From contig CBDDEL010000015.1 of assembly GCA_965226885.1 (NCBI GenBank), positions 512,001 through 576,000 on the forward strand: DNA of 64,000 nt, read 5' to 3'. The notes under the pieces are model-generated. The model worked only from the letters and a program-made list of their open reading frames with translations. It did no database searches and had not been told where the DNA came from. Position 1 is the stretch's first letter; every line of letters starts with the position of its first letter. Below are positions 1 to 9,775 of the stretch, piece after piece. A program made the position numbers and the translations under genes. The DNA is from Opitutales bacterium. Lineage in GTDB: Bacteria > Verrucomicrobiota > Verrucomicrobiia > Opitutales > UBA2987.

Positions 1-991
1 GGGCGGCAAATGCTTCATTAACCTCTAAAAGATCGACCTCCGAAAGATCCCATCCGGTTTTTTCAAGGAGTCGCTCTATGGCCATGGCGGGAGTGGCAAA
101 AATATATTTCGGATCCAAAGCGGCTTGAGCATATCCAATGATTTTAGCCAGAGGGGGCGTTTTCAATTCAGATGCCCGGGCCTCGCTGCAAACCACCAAA
201 GCGGTCGCCCCGTCATTCAATCCCGGTGAGTTTCCAGCAGTCACCCTTCCCTCTTTTTTAAAGATCGGCTTTAATCGATTGAGCGAATCCAGCGAGGTAT
301 CTTTTCGCGGAGGCTCGTCGGTGTCCACAATGACAGGATTTCCTTTACCATCCTTGTCAGTTAAAGGGACGATTTCCTCATTAAAATTACCGCTTTCTAT
401 GGCGGCAACGGCTTTGCGGTGGCTTTCCAACGCATATTCGTCCATATCTTCGCGGGCAATTCCATATTCCTCTGCTATGAATTCTGCCGCTTCGCCCATT
501 ATCCAATCCTCGAATGGGCACCATAAGCCGTCCACGACGATGGAGTCCAATGTTTCCCGGTTGCCGTAACGCATTTGGCCTTGGCGTCCGTGAAGCAGAT
601 GAGGCGCATGGCTCATGCTTTCGACACCCCCCGCCACAAACATTTCCCCATCGCCGCAACGGATAGCCTGCGCGGCCAGCATAACGCTCTTCAAACCGGA
701 ACCGCATACTTTGTTAATTGTGGTGGCGCCCACGGTTTGGGGAAGCCCTGCCGAAAGGGCGCATTGCCGGGCGATATTTTGGCCTAAACCGGCCGCAACC
801 ACATTACCCATAAACACTTCTTCAATCGCTTCCGGATTTGACAAGCCTGCCCGCTCGATTGCAGCGCGTATGGCTGCGGAACCAAGATCGCGCGCGGAAA
901 ATTTGCTAAGCGCCCCCAACAGTCGGCCGGTGGGAGTACGTGCAGCGCTTATTATGACAGGGGTTCTCGATGGATCGCTATTGTTATTCAT
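1..991 (-). CDS. Acetyl-CoA C-acyltransferase (thiolase), runs off the window start
   Basis: Manual translation from ATG at 991 gives MNNNSDPSRTPVIISAARTPTGRLLGALS, followed by thiolase motifs (GQNIARQ, NKVCGSG, SPGLNDGA, NEAFAA). Absent from the ORF track because it is truncated. Confidence 0.9.
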   Translation of the reverse strand, partial: MNNNSDPSRTPVIISAARTPTGRLLGALSKFSARDLGSAAIRAAIERAGLSNPEAIEEVFMGNVVAAGLGQNIARQCALSAGLPQTVGATTINKVCGSGLKSVMLAAQAIRCGDGEMFVAGGVESMSHAPHLLHGRQGQMRYGNRETLDSIVVDGLWCPFEDWIMGEAAEFIAEEYGIAREDMDEYALESHRKAVAAIESGNFNEEIVPLTDKDGKGNPVIVDTDEPPRKDTSLDSLNRLKPIFKKEGRVTAGNSPGLNDGATALVVCSEARASELKTPPLAKIIGYAQAALDPKYIFATPAMAIERLLEKTGWDLSEVDLLEVNEAFAA

Positions 992-2960
992 TTTGCTGAA
1001 ACGTCTCCTTACTCTGTGGAAAAGATGTAGCGCCAGGATTCGTATTCAGGCTGGCTATGGAATCCAGGGCGCCTGGATTTTCGATGCTGGTCATATCGCT
1101 CCGCTCTTTGCCCAAGTAAGCTTTTTTTATCGCTCCGCGGACAATTTTACCGGAACGGGTTTTGGGAAGAGCCGCTACAGAATGAACTGCTCGCGGAGCC
1201 ATTGGTTTGCCGATTTCTCCGGCCACATGACCGATCAGCTCTACCTGTGGCATGGAAACGCCGTCCTTGAAAACCACGAAACAGACGATGCTCTGGCCCT
1301 TGATTTCATCGGGCACTCCTATGGCGGCGGCTTCGCTTATCTTGGGGTGGGAAATGAGAGCGGACTCTATCTCGGCGGCCCCCATCCTTTTACCGGCAAC
1401 ATTGAATGTATCGTCGGAACGTCCGTGGAGAAAAAAGTGGCCGTCGGCATCGATACTGGCCCAATCCCCATGGTTCCAAACACCCTCGAACTGGCTGAAA
1501 TAGGTTTCGAGGTAGCGATCATCATCGTTTAAAAAGCTTTTGGTCATTGATGGGAAAGGTTTTTTGCAGACCAGGTAGCCGGTTTTTTCACGCAGGGGAA
1601 TGCCGTCTTTATCAAAAACGTCCACATCCATGCCCAGCGCCCCGGTCCCCAGGGTGCAGGATTTCAGGGGCTGAACGGGAACAGACTGTAGCAGACACCC
1701 CATGAGTTCTGTCCCTCCGCTCATGTTGATAATCGGGCATCGGCTGCCCCCGACCTCCCGAAATAGCCATTGATAGGAGGATTCGTCCCATAACTCTCCG
1801 GTTGAACCGATGAGGCGTAGGCGGGAGAGGTCGAAAGCGCTGGGTCCCTTGCCATTCGTTGCCCGCATGAGAACTCTTATTGCGGTTGGTGACACACCAA
1901 ACGTAACCACCCCCAGAGATTCCATCAGTATCCAAAGCTTGTCACTGGTTGGATAGTCCGGAGCACCATCGAATAACACCACTGGAGTGCGGTAGAGAAG
2001 AGGGCCGATGAGTTCCCATGGACCCATCATCCACCCGATGTCGGTGAGCCAGAAAAAAGGTTCTCCGGGCCGTACATCGAAGGCATAGCGAAGCTCTTTT
2101 CCGGTTATGGCCAAACAACCGGCGTGGGTATGCACCGTCCCCTTGGGGTTGCCGGTGGTTCCGCTGGTATATAGAAGCAAACAGGGATCCTCGGCGGCTG
2201 TGTGATGACATTTTATGGCAGAAGTGTGCCCTGCCAGAAACTCCGGCCATTCCTCTAAGTCGAAGGCGATGATCTTTTCAATGGACGGTATCTCCTTTGC
2301 CGCCGCCCGCACGATCAGGCCTGAATCAATCGGTTTCCCACGCCGGTGCAGGGTATCGATCGAAAATAGTATCCTTGCCCGGCAGGAGCGCATTCTTTCG
2401 ATCAAGGCCCGCTTGCCGAAGCCGCAGAATACCGGCGCAAACCGGGCACCGATTTTGAAGGCGGCAAACATGACTACCACGGTTTCAATTCGCATCGGGG
2501 CATAGAGACCAATAGCGTCCCCCGGTTCCAAACCGTGAGCCAGAAGCGCCCCGCAACACCGGTCCACCAATCGGGAAAATTCGCTAAAGGTTATCTGCGC
2601 GGTCTCATTCGGACGGTTGGATTCTCTCTCGTAAAATAAGGCAATCTCTTCTCCATGACCTGCTTCGACATGGCGATCTATGCAATTATAAGTGATATTG
2701 ATCTCGCCCCCTGAGAACCAACGTGTCCAGGGGAACCCACCGCTGCGATCACTGATTCGCTCATAGGGCCGAAACCAGGAAAGCCCCATATCCTTGATAA
2801 CCGCGTCCCAAAACCAATCCCCATCTTCTATGGACCGAAGACGCAACTCCTCATAATCGGTTATACCCTGTTCCTGCATAAACCGGGCCAGGTGGCAATG
2901 GCCAGTCCACTGGTGTTCTTCAGGGCGCCATATATAAGATGATTCGGGGATTTCCACCAT
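984..2960 (-). CDS. AMP-forming acetate/acyl-CoA ligase
   Basis: YTSGTTGNPKG AMP-binding loop, TDIGWMMG, GRSDD and LPKTRSGKI motifs. The ATG at 2960 is preferred over the track start at 3026. Confidence 0.9.
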   Translation of the reverse strand: MVEIPESSYIWRPEEHQWTGHCHLARFMQEQGITDYEELRLRSIEDGDWFWDAVIKDMGLSWFRPYERISDRSGGFPWTRWFSGGEINITYNCIDRHVEAGHGEEIALFYERESNRPNETAQITFSEFSRLVDRCCGALLAHGLEPGDAIGLYAPMRIETVVVMFAAFKIGARFAPVFCGFGKRALIERMRSCRARILFSIDTLHRRGKPIDSGLIVRAAAKEIPSIEKIIAFDLEEWPEFLAGHTSAIKCHHTAAEDPCLLLYTSGTTGNPKGTVHTHAGCLAITGKELRYAFDVRPGEPFFWLTDIGWMMGPWELIGPLLYRTPVVLFDGAPDYPTSDKLWILMESLGVVTFGVSPTAIRVLMRATNGKGPSAFDLSRLRLIGSTGELWDESSYQWLFREVGGSRCPIINMSGGTELMGCLLQSVPVQPLKSCTLGTGALGMDVDVFDKDGIPLREKTGYLVCKKPFPSMTKSFLNDDDRYLETYFSQFEGVWNHGDWASIDADGHFFLHGRSDDTFNVAGKRMGAAEIESALISHPKISEAAAIGVPDEIKGQSIVCFVVFKDGVSMPQVELIGHVAGEIGKPMAPRAVHSVAALPKTRSGKIVRGAIKKAYLGKERSDMTSIENPGALDSIASLNTNPGATSFPQSKETFQQNE

Positions 2961-3089
2961 GGCTAAAGTTATAGCGAAGCACTTTTTGAAAATGAAGCCA
3001 AAACCCAGAAAAATACTCTTCTTCACGCAGCCCGTATCTCGCGTCCCGTTTTGACGGTCACTTCGCGGCTCACTGACGCGCTCGGCCTC

Positions 3090-3944
3090 CTACAACGTTT
3101 CCGTAAGCCAGAGCAGTGTTGCCGCGATCACCCGTTCGTCATACGCGCTCTCCGGATCGAAGGTGTGAAAAATATGATTAGCGCCGCCGAGAATTATGAA
3201 TTCTTCCCGCCATCCGGAAGCGGCCGCAATAAACTGGTCCTCGTAGCGTTTCAGGAAATCATCGCTCCCACGGATCGAAAGGAGGGCTCCCTTGTAGGCC
3301 TTCAACGGACCCATAAGATCATAGCCGATAAAACCCATGAGGTGCTCGCGTGTAAGGGTCATTTCCGCCCAATCTTGAATTGTTGATTCCCCTTTTTCGA
3401 TCGCTTCACGTTGGCCCGCAGCCCTTTCAGGATCTCCGAAAAAGTCGACCGCCAGATTACCCGCGCTTGACCACAGCACCAGACTGGTAATCGCCTCGGG
3501 GTGTCTTCCCGTCAGGGCTATGGCAGTCGCCCCGCCTAGGCTGAACCCGACCACTCCGATTTTCGCATCCGGAAATTTCTCCCGAATCATCCCCAAAGCG
3601 GCCTCCGCATCGGCGATGCGCGTCGCAAAAGTCGATGTCAACCGGTGTCCATTTCTCTCTCCTTCACCCCGAAAGTTAATGCGTAGGGAAGCAATCCCAG
3701 CGTCGCCTAGTTCTCCTCCCAACCGTTTGTACATATCGCCCACTTCATCCATTTTCCCGGTCCAGCCGTGAAGTAAAAGGACCGCCCTGGCCGAAGCGCT
3801 CTCACCCTTCGCAGGGGTAATAATTTTACCCGCCACCCCCTCGGCCACGGTAACGTCGTCCTCAGTAAACTCGGCCCGCACGGGCGCACTTAGCGCACAT
3901 AATCCGATAGCCGTCAGTAGGAGGGAAAGAACAGTAATACGCAT
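3090..3944 (-). CDS. Secreted alpha/beta hydrolase
   Basis: Signal peptide, HGW oxyanion motif, GFSLG nucleophile elbow, GANH. Confidence 0.85.
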   Translation of the reverse strand: MRITVLSLLLTAIGLCALSAPVRAEFTEDDVTVAEGVAGKIITPAKGESASARAVLLLHGWTGKMDEVGDMYKRLGGELGDAGIASLRINFRGEGERNGHRLTSTFATRIADAEAALGMIREKFPDAKIGVVGFSLGGATAIALTGRHPEAITSLVLWSSAGNLAVDFFGDPERAAGQREAIEKGESTIQDWAEMTLTREHLMGFIGYDLMGPLKAYKGALLSIRGSDDFLKRYEDQFIAAASGWREEFIILGGANHIFHTFDPESAYDERVIAATLLWLTETL

Positions 3945-4076
3945 GATTCGCTGATAGCCGATACCCGGTACCGGTCAATGTCTAATTTTGGCCGATTTTA
4001 CCAAGTGAGTTTGTTATTCCCCGGCTGAGAAAAGGATTTTTCATTTTCCTACAGCCAACAAAATATTATATTTTAA

Positions 4077-5027
4077 TCACCGCTGCATGGGCGTGCCGGC
4101 CACTCCCACATCGACCTTCCAGATAGTGCCGAACCGGGTTGATGTTATGTAAATTGAGTTTCGGTCGAAAATTCCCTCGCCGAAAGCGATGCTCGCCGCG
4201 CCGGGGACATTTTGCGCAATGAGCAGCGTCTCGCCCGTCGCGGGATCGATGCGCCAGATTCTTCCGAGTCCGTTTTCCGCCACATAAACCCGTCCCCGTT
4301 CGTCCATCGCGAGACCGTCATGACCGCCCTCCCCAGGCGCTGCCACTACCACAGGATCGGCAATCGGTTCGCCCGTCTCATTCAGATCAAGCCGCCAAAC
4401 GCGGTTGTCCGGCACGATGGGGTGGATTTGCTTGAATATCTGCGCGACAAACAGCGAATGGGCGTCGAGTGAAAATACCAGCCCGTTAGGGTGCTTGATA
4501 CGGTCGGTAAAGAGGCGCACCTGGCCTTGCTTTGAGACGAGGTAAATGTCGTCCACCCCATCATCTGAAACGAGAAAGGAGCCGTCTTTTCTCAATAGAA
4601 TGAAATTGGGATCGGCGATACCGTTTGCGACCACGCGCTTTTCTCCTTCCGGCGTAATTCGCCAGACGATGCCATCGTTGTTTTCGTTTTCTCCATCTCG
4701 GAAAATATTTGTGGGGCCGAAGTCCGCGTAAAGTATGTCACGCTCCCCGATGGGGGCCAGTCCCAGATTGGAATCGAGCTCGACCACCATGCGTACCGAC
4801 CCGTCGGGAGAAATCTCGTTTAGCGCCCGGTTACCGGAAACAAACAACCGGCCCTCCCCGTTAAACGCGATACCTTCCGACTGCGCGAATACATATTCGA
4901 CTAATATCGTCGCAGGCGCCGGAAACCTTGTAGCAGGCTCTCCATTTCCATTGGCGGGTGCCTGGGGATAGGTTAGGCTTAAGAGGCCAACACTGAGCAA
5001 AAATCTGGCGGATGATGCAGGATTCAA
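4077..5027 (-). CDS. SMP-30/gluconolactonase family beta-propeller protein
   Basis: SEGIAF, HPNGLVFS and DGLAMDERGRVYVA motifs; probable signal peptide. Confidence 0.85.
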   Translation of the reverse strand: MNPASSARFLLSVGLLSLTYPQAPANGNGEPATRFPAPATILVEYVFAQSEGIAFNGEGRLFVSGNRALNEISPDGSVRMVVELDSNLGLAPIGERDILYADFGPTNIFRDGENENNDGIVWRITPEGEKRVVANGIADPNFILLRKDGSFLVSDDGVDDIYLVSKQGQVRLFTDRIKHPNGLVFSLDAHSLFVAQIFKQIHPIVPDNRVWRLDLNETGEPIADPVVVAAPGEGGHDGLAMDERGRVYVAENGLGRIWRIDPATGETLLIAQNVPGAASIAFGEGIFDRNSIYITSTRFGTIWKVDVGVAGTPMQR

Positions 5028-5143
5028 GATTCAGAATGGTAGAATTAGGATGTTAACGACTTTTTCACTTCTGTCTTCTCAATCCGATATCCAGCATTAC
5101 GAATCTTGCAACAGGTTTCAGGACGCGACTTCCCGGAAATCTC

Positions 5144-6553
5144 CTAAAGACTGCTATCGCATGACTTCTGAATGAGGGGGAGCATGACGCCGTTGCGAAA
5201 TAAGGTTACTTTTCCTGTGCTGGCCGAGATGACTATGGCGATGCAATCGGTGGCCATAGAGATGGCGGCGCCGGCCGAATGCCGGGCGCCCAAACCGCTG
5301 GGCATGTCGCGGTAATAATAAGCGGGGGCGTGTACGAGGGTTCCGGCGGAGTCGATAACTCCGTCTCCTCGGATGATAAAAGCGCCATCAATGGAAGAAA
5401 ATTCCTTGATAGTCTCGTCCATGAAAGGATTGAGAACATTTCGATCCACTTCGGCATAACCGTAAAATGGATTGAGCACTAAGGGCTTTACCATTGTGCT
5501 GACTTTGGCCGAATCCCCCACCACGAAAAGGCAACCGACCGGTTTGCCTTCGCGGCCCTGCACCGCCAATTCGGTGGCGATGGAGAGCAGCCGCTCCATT
5601 ACTTCAACCTTAACCGATTTTGGAAGCAAATTTTTCTCGCTGACAATGATGGACTGGAATTCCTTGGCCACATCTACAATGACAATGGTGTCAAGTAGAT
5701 TGCTGCCGGGGATCCCTCCGACACAACAGAGTTTCTCATCGGAATCAATGAGCCCGCGCGTCAGCCCGATGAGAACGGCGCTGCGCAACTGGGAAAGGCG
5801 CTGCTGGGAGACCGAGCGCAGTTCGATGGATGCAACCTTTTCCTTTTCGCTACTCTTTTTCTTTTGAGCTGTCCGGTTACTGCGCAATCTGAGGGGAGCG
5901 TGGGTGACGACAATCGTTTTCAATTGCCGGATCGACCTGGGAAGATCGATGGCTCCGGCAAATGTTTCCGCAAACAGCAATAGGGTAGAGCAGCCCGCAG
6001 TTTTGGCGATGGCGGCGGCTTCTTTAAGCAAGAAGGAATTGAATCGCGCCTGTGACCGCTCCGGGCGGGCAAGCAGGCCGCCCATCCCTTGCACCACTCT
6101 CTCCCGAAACGTATTCAGATCGGAGGAGGTAATAATGTGATCGACTACGCTTTTCTCCTGAAATTGGCGGGCGATGGAAGCGAGAACTTCCAGATAGTTT
6201 TTTTCGTTCTCGGAAGCCAGCATCAAAATAAAGATGCGAACCTTTTTGTACTCGGACATGCCATTTTTGTACTCGGACATGCCATCGTAATGAATGCCTT
6301 CAGGGCAGCGGCCGATGGCAAACAGATAGGGCCGCTTCATCTTTAACCTGAGATGGGGAAAAGCCACTCCATTGCCCAAATAAGTGGTCATGGAACTTTC
6401 CCGCTCCAGAATGGCTCGCAAAAGCTTGGCCGAGTCCATCTTTTCAGTCGAACGGGAGATGGATACACGCAATAATTCCTGCAAGGCTCCTTTAAGATCC
6501 TTGCTTTTTATATCGATGATGCGCGATTTCGCCAAGTAACGATCCAGCCGCAT
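5144..6553 (-). CDS. PTS EIIA domain fused to diadenylate cyclase (DisA_N/DAC) domain
   Basis: N-terminal EIIA (RESSMTTYLGNGVAFPH); C-terminal DAC motifs GREGKPVG, DGAFII, GLGARHSAG. Confidence 0.85.
   Translation of the reverse strand: MRLDRYLAKSRIIDIKSKDLKGALQELLRVSISRSTEKMDSAKLLRAILERESSMTTYLGNGVAFPHLRLKMKRPYLFAIGRCPEGIHYDGMSEYKNGMSEYKKVRIFILMLASENEKNYLEVLASIARQFQEKSVVDHIITSSDLNTFRERVVQGMGGLLARPERSQARFNSFLLKEAAAIAKTAGCSTLLLFAETFAGAIDLPRSIRQLKTIVVTHAPLRLRSNRTAQKKKSSEKEKVASIELRSVSQQRLSQLRSAVLIGLTRGLIDSDEKLCCVGGIPGSNLLDTIVIVDVAKEFQSIIVSEKNLLPKSVKVEVMERLLSIATELAVQGREGKPVGCLFVVGDSAKVSTMVKPLVLNPFYGYAEVDRNVLNPFMDETIKEFSSIDGAFIIRGDGVIDSAGTLVHAPAYYYRDMPSGLGARHSAGAAISMATDCIAIVISASTGKVTLFRNGVMLPLIQKSCDSSL
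6243..6284. repeat. Perfect 21-bp tandem duplication, in frame (GMSEYKN-GMSEYKK)
   Basis: TTTTTGTACTCGGACATGCCA x2. Confidence 0.95.
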
Positions 6554-6631
6554 GAAAAAATGGGTTTCCGCCGGGAGGCGGTGGTTGGAGTTGATTTGTG
6601 GGTTAGGTTAACCCGGTAACGGATTGAAGCT

Positions 6632-7006
6632 CTATTTTTCCCATACCAGGGCTCCCTTTTTGATTTCGTAAAGGAGCCCTATAATGAGCACAGAAAGAAA
6701 AAACAGGACTGGTGAAAGGATGGGAATTCCGGCGGCCAGAAATTCACGATAAACGATTGCCCACGGAAACAAAAATACGATTTCTACATCGAATAATATG
6801 AAGAGCATGGCGGTGACATAAAATTTAACAGATAATCGCGGGTGGCACTTACCGACTGCAATCATCCCGCACTCATAGGGCGAGTCTTTGAACTGATTGG
6901 GTTTGGCCCGCTGCCCAAACAGATGGCTTACAGCAATAATGGCAATGGCGATTCCCACCGCCAAAACAATTTGAATAAGCAAGGGCATGTATTGAGCGAG
7001 AGTCAT
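6632..7006 (-). CDS. nuoA: NADH-quinone oxidoreductase subunit A
   Basis: PYECG and KFYVTAMLFILFDVEIVFLFPW motifs, C-terminal KGALVW. Real start is MTLAQY at 7006. Confidence 0.93.
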   Translation of the reverse strand: MTLAQYMPLLIQIVLAVGIAIAIIAVSHLFGQRAKPNQFKDSPYECGMIAVGKCHPRLSVKFYVTAMLFILFDVEIVFLFPWAIVYREFLAAGIPILSPVLFFLSVLIIGLLYEIKKGALVWEK

Positions 7007-7095
7007 ACTTGTAAAACAAAAGCTCAACCGCGGTAATTTCAAGCCGCTTTTGAAAATAATTTGAATTGGGCGGCTTTTTTTGACCGAACACGCCG

Positions 7096-8142
7096 CTAGC
7101 GTAACCGAATCCAGTCGATCCGCTTGATATCGGCGCTGCCCAGGCCCAGTTTTTCCCCAAATACCAGAATCGGCAAACGGCGGCCGATCGACCGGAATCC
7201 ATCTTCTCGACGGTATTTGTTGAGGCGGCTGAGCGCGAGGGCATCCAGAACAACTGGATTGACACTCATCCAAAGCAAATCTTCGGAGCGCGTATAAAGT
7301 GAATTGAAGACCGGTCCGCCGATAAACTGGTAGCGCTCCATGGGCAAAATGGTGATGGCCAGGCTGGCCGTTATTTCTGGGATAGCCGCCACCTCGGAAG
7401 CGACAATGGGGGCGTTGGCAGGACTGGTAAAAAAACGATCCCGATTGCTCATGTTCCACAAACTGGCATTAACGATGGCGCCCGCTATGCCCACTGCCGG
7501 ATGGTCCAGGACCATGGGAATGTTGATCCAGAAATCCACTTCGGTGAGTAGTATTTTGGGCAAATAACTTTTTCGATTCTCATCATTTCTAGCCAGGAAT
7601 TCCATGCTTGGGTCGATGCCTTCGGAAAACAGATTTCCATGATAGCGGGGCAGGGGGCTATCATAAAACCAGATGGGATCGAAAAATTGTTCTGAATCGA
7701 GAATGTAAACCGGAACGCCCTCGAAAAATTTGCCCTTTTCACGCCGGCTGAGGGGCGGCAGAAAACCGGAGACGCGCAATAGTGATTCGTTCAAGTCGAG
7801 TAGAAATAGCTCGTCATTGGCAAAACCTCTTCGTTGCAAAGCTTTCAAGACAGCTTTGACCAATGCGGGGGGGGTGGCTATGCCGCTTCCCGAGTTGGTG
7901 TAAAGCTTGATGCCGGCCCGGCGTTTTTCTCCCGGCGCAAGCCGTTTGCCGGTTTTGTCCTCGAAGCTACGAAAGAGGGCCTCAACACCATTGGCGTACC
8001 TCTGCTGGCTGAATTCACCCAACTTGTACTCCCATACATAATGAGTGTAAATATCGCGCTGCCCCTCATAGCCCCAGAAGTCGCCCAAGGCCACCACAGG
8101 GATCAAAATGGTCATAATTATAAAAAGAAAGCAAGCCCTCAT
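7096..8142 (-). CDS. DUF362-like exported protein
   Basis: Signal peptide; TPPALVKAV and DFWINIPMVLDH...G.AGAIVN resemble DUF362. Confidence 0.6.
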   Translation of the reverse strand: MRACFLFIIMTILIPVVALGDFWGYEGQRDIYTHYVWEYKLGEFSQQRYANGVEALFRSFEDKTGKRLAPGEKRRAGIKLYTNSGSGIATPPALVKAVLKALQRRGFANDELFLLDLNESLLRVSGFLPPLSRREKGKFFEGVPVYILDSEQFFDPIWFYDSPLPRYHGNLFSEGIDPSMEFLARNDENRKSYLPKILLTEVDFWINIPMVLDHPAVGIAGAIVNASLWNMSNRDRFFTSPANAPIVASEVAAIPEITASLAITILPMERYQFIGGPVFNSLYTRSEDLLWMSVNPVVLDALALSRLNKYRREDGFRSIGRRLPILVFGEKLGLGSADIKRIDWIRLR

Positions 8143-8317
8143 GTTCGGTTCTTGACAGTGCGCAAATGGGGTTGGAAATTAGAACCTTTCCCGAAATCGT
8201 CAATGGCAATAGAGAGAGAAATTATATGTACAGGGCAAGATTCTTTGCAACCTGCACAGCGATGCGCCCTGCATAAATCAATCGTGTTTAGAGGATAGAT
8301 TTTAATCTTCATAGGCC

Positions 8318-9724
8318 ATGTCGCATACTGCATTGAGAAAAAGAATATACTCGGCCTTGTTCCTTTCAGGAGTCTGCTTTTTGCTGTTCTCCTGCGCAAA
8401 ACCGCCGCCCAAGGTGGAGGAATCCATCCTCGTGGCCAATAAGAATTTATCGGCCGGGAACACGCAGCAAGCCATTCTACTTCTCGAGGACCTGTTGAAA
8501 AGAAATCCGGGCCATCCCGCGGTCCTGGAAAATCTCGCTTTTGCCTACGCACAGAATGAACGGCACGAGATAGCGGCCTTTTATTTTTCAGAAGCGGCCG
8601 GCGCCGGGCCTGGTAAGGATCATTTTCTCCTTTATGCCGCGGAAGCGTTTCGCCAAGGCGGCAAAAAAAAGGATGCTGCGGAGAGTTACGGAAAATATTT
8701 GGAAGCCAATCCCAACTCTCCCGTGGAATGGAAAAAACTGGGCCGACTACAGGAAGAATTGAATGAATTAAGGAAGGCTATGGAGTCCTATTTGCAAAGC
8801 CAAAAATTGAAGCCGATCGGTGCTAACGCCATCAGGCTCGGATGGCTGTTTCGACAAATGAACAATCAGGCGCAGGCCGACAATTGGTTCAAAGCGGCTC
8901 TGGATGCAGCCGATGGGGCCGAAGGCGATGCTCTGCTGGGCCTGTTCGAAGGAGCGCTTCTGGAGGAAAATTTTGGCAAGGCGGAAGATTTGCTCTGGCG
9001 TCTCGATGACTCCCACCCCGGCCTTCTCGACCAATCGCATCTGGTCCGCAGCCGTGGGGAACTGGAAGAATGGCGCCGGCGGCAGGATGAACTGCAAAAG
9101 CAGCTCCTGGAACAGGAACGGATCGCCAGGGAGCTGCGGGAGCGCGCGGCCCGCCGGGAAGCGGAGGCGGCCGCATTGGCCGAAGCCAAAAAAAAGGAGG
9201 AAGAAGCCGCCCGGATATTGGAGGCCGCCCAGAAAAAAGAGCCTCCCCCGGCCACTGCCGATGGTTTTTTGCGGCAAGCCGGAGACAGCGTAGCAGCTGG
9301 TGACAGGGAAAAAGCCATCAAACATTACTGGGCATCCTTGAAACTTGACGACAAACCGGCTGAAGTTTGGCACGGGCTTTCCGATTTATTGCTCAAAGAG
9401 GGGAAACCCGGACTTTCGGAAGCAACCGCTCTGGAAGCCGTCCGCCGCGAACCTCAATCTGTATTATACACAATGCATTACTTGCGGGTAGCCCAGGAAA
9501 CCAAAGACCCCGACCAGTTTATGGAAGAACTTATCTACGCCAAAGACAAAATTCCCGATAGTCCCGACATCACTCTGGCATTGGCCCGTGGCTACAAATC
9601 CATCAGAACCAGCTACCGCGAAGCCGCCATGCTCTATCGCGAATTTCTGGAAAGGGCGCCGAACCACCCGGAAAGGTCCAAGGCCCAAACAGAGCTCGAC
9701 TCCCTGTCGGCCCCGGCCAATTGA
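8318..9724 (+). CDS. TPR-repeat lipoprotein
   Basis: Lipobox LFSC, TPR-like helices, central coiled coil. Confidence 0.8.
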   Translation: MSHTALRKRIYSALFLSGVCFLLFSCAKPPPKVEESILVANKNLSAGNTQQAILLLEDLLKRNPGHPAVLENLAFAYAQNERHEIAAFYFSEAAGAGPGKDHFLLYAAEAFRQGGKKKDAAESYGKYLEANPNSPVEWKKLGRLQEELNELRKAMESYLQSQKLKPIGANAIRLGWLFRQMNNQAQADNWFKAALDAADGAEGDALLGLFEGALLEENFGKAEDLLWRLDDSHPGLLDQSHLVRSRGELEEWRRRQDELQKQLLEQERIARELRERAARREAEAAALAEAKKKEEEAARILEAAQKKEPPPATADGFLRQAGDSVAAGDREKAIKHYWASLKLDDKPAEVWHGLSDLLLKEGKPGLSEATALEAVRREPQSVLYTMHYLRVAQETKDPDQFMEELIYAKDKIPDSPDITLALARGYKSIRTSYREAAMLYREFLERAPNHPERSKAQTELDSLSAPAN

Positions 9725-9775
9725 ATCCCCGCCCATTTCTAAACCTTTTTTATCCAATTCGGAAAGCTCAACGGT

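Noticed and set aside
615..1532. 305-aa plus-strand ORF and similar long antisense ORFs (10262-11116, 11674-12597, 61505-62356, 62745-63572)
   Set aside because: Shadow frames of well-supported genes on the opposite strand, with no motifs.
7007..7459. Long N-terminal extension of NuoA in the ORF track (275 aa)
   Set aside because: It overlaps the DUF362-like gene in another frame; NuoA similarity begins at 7006.
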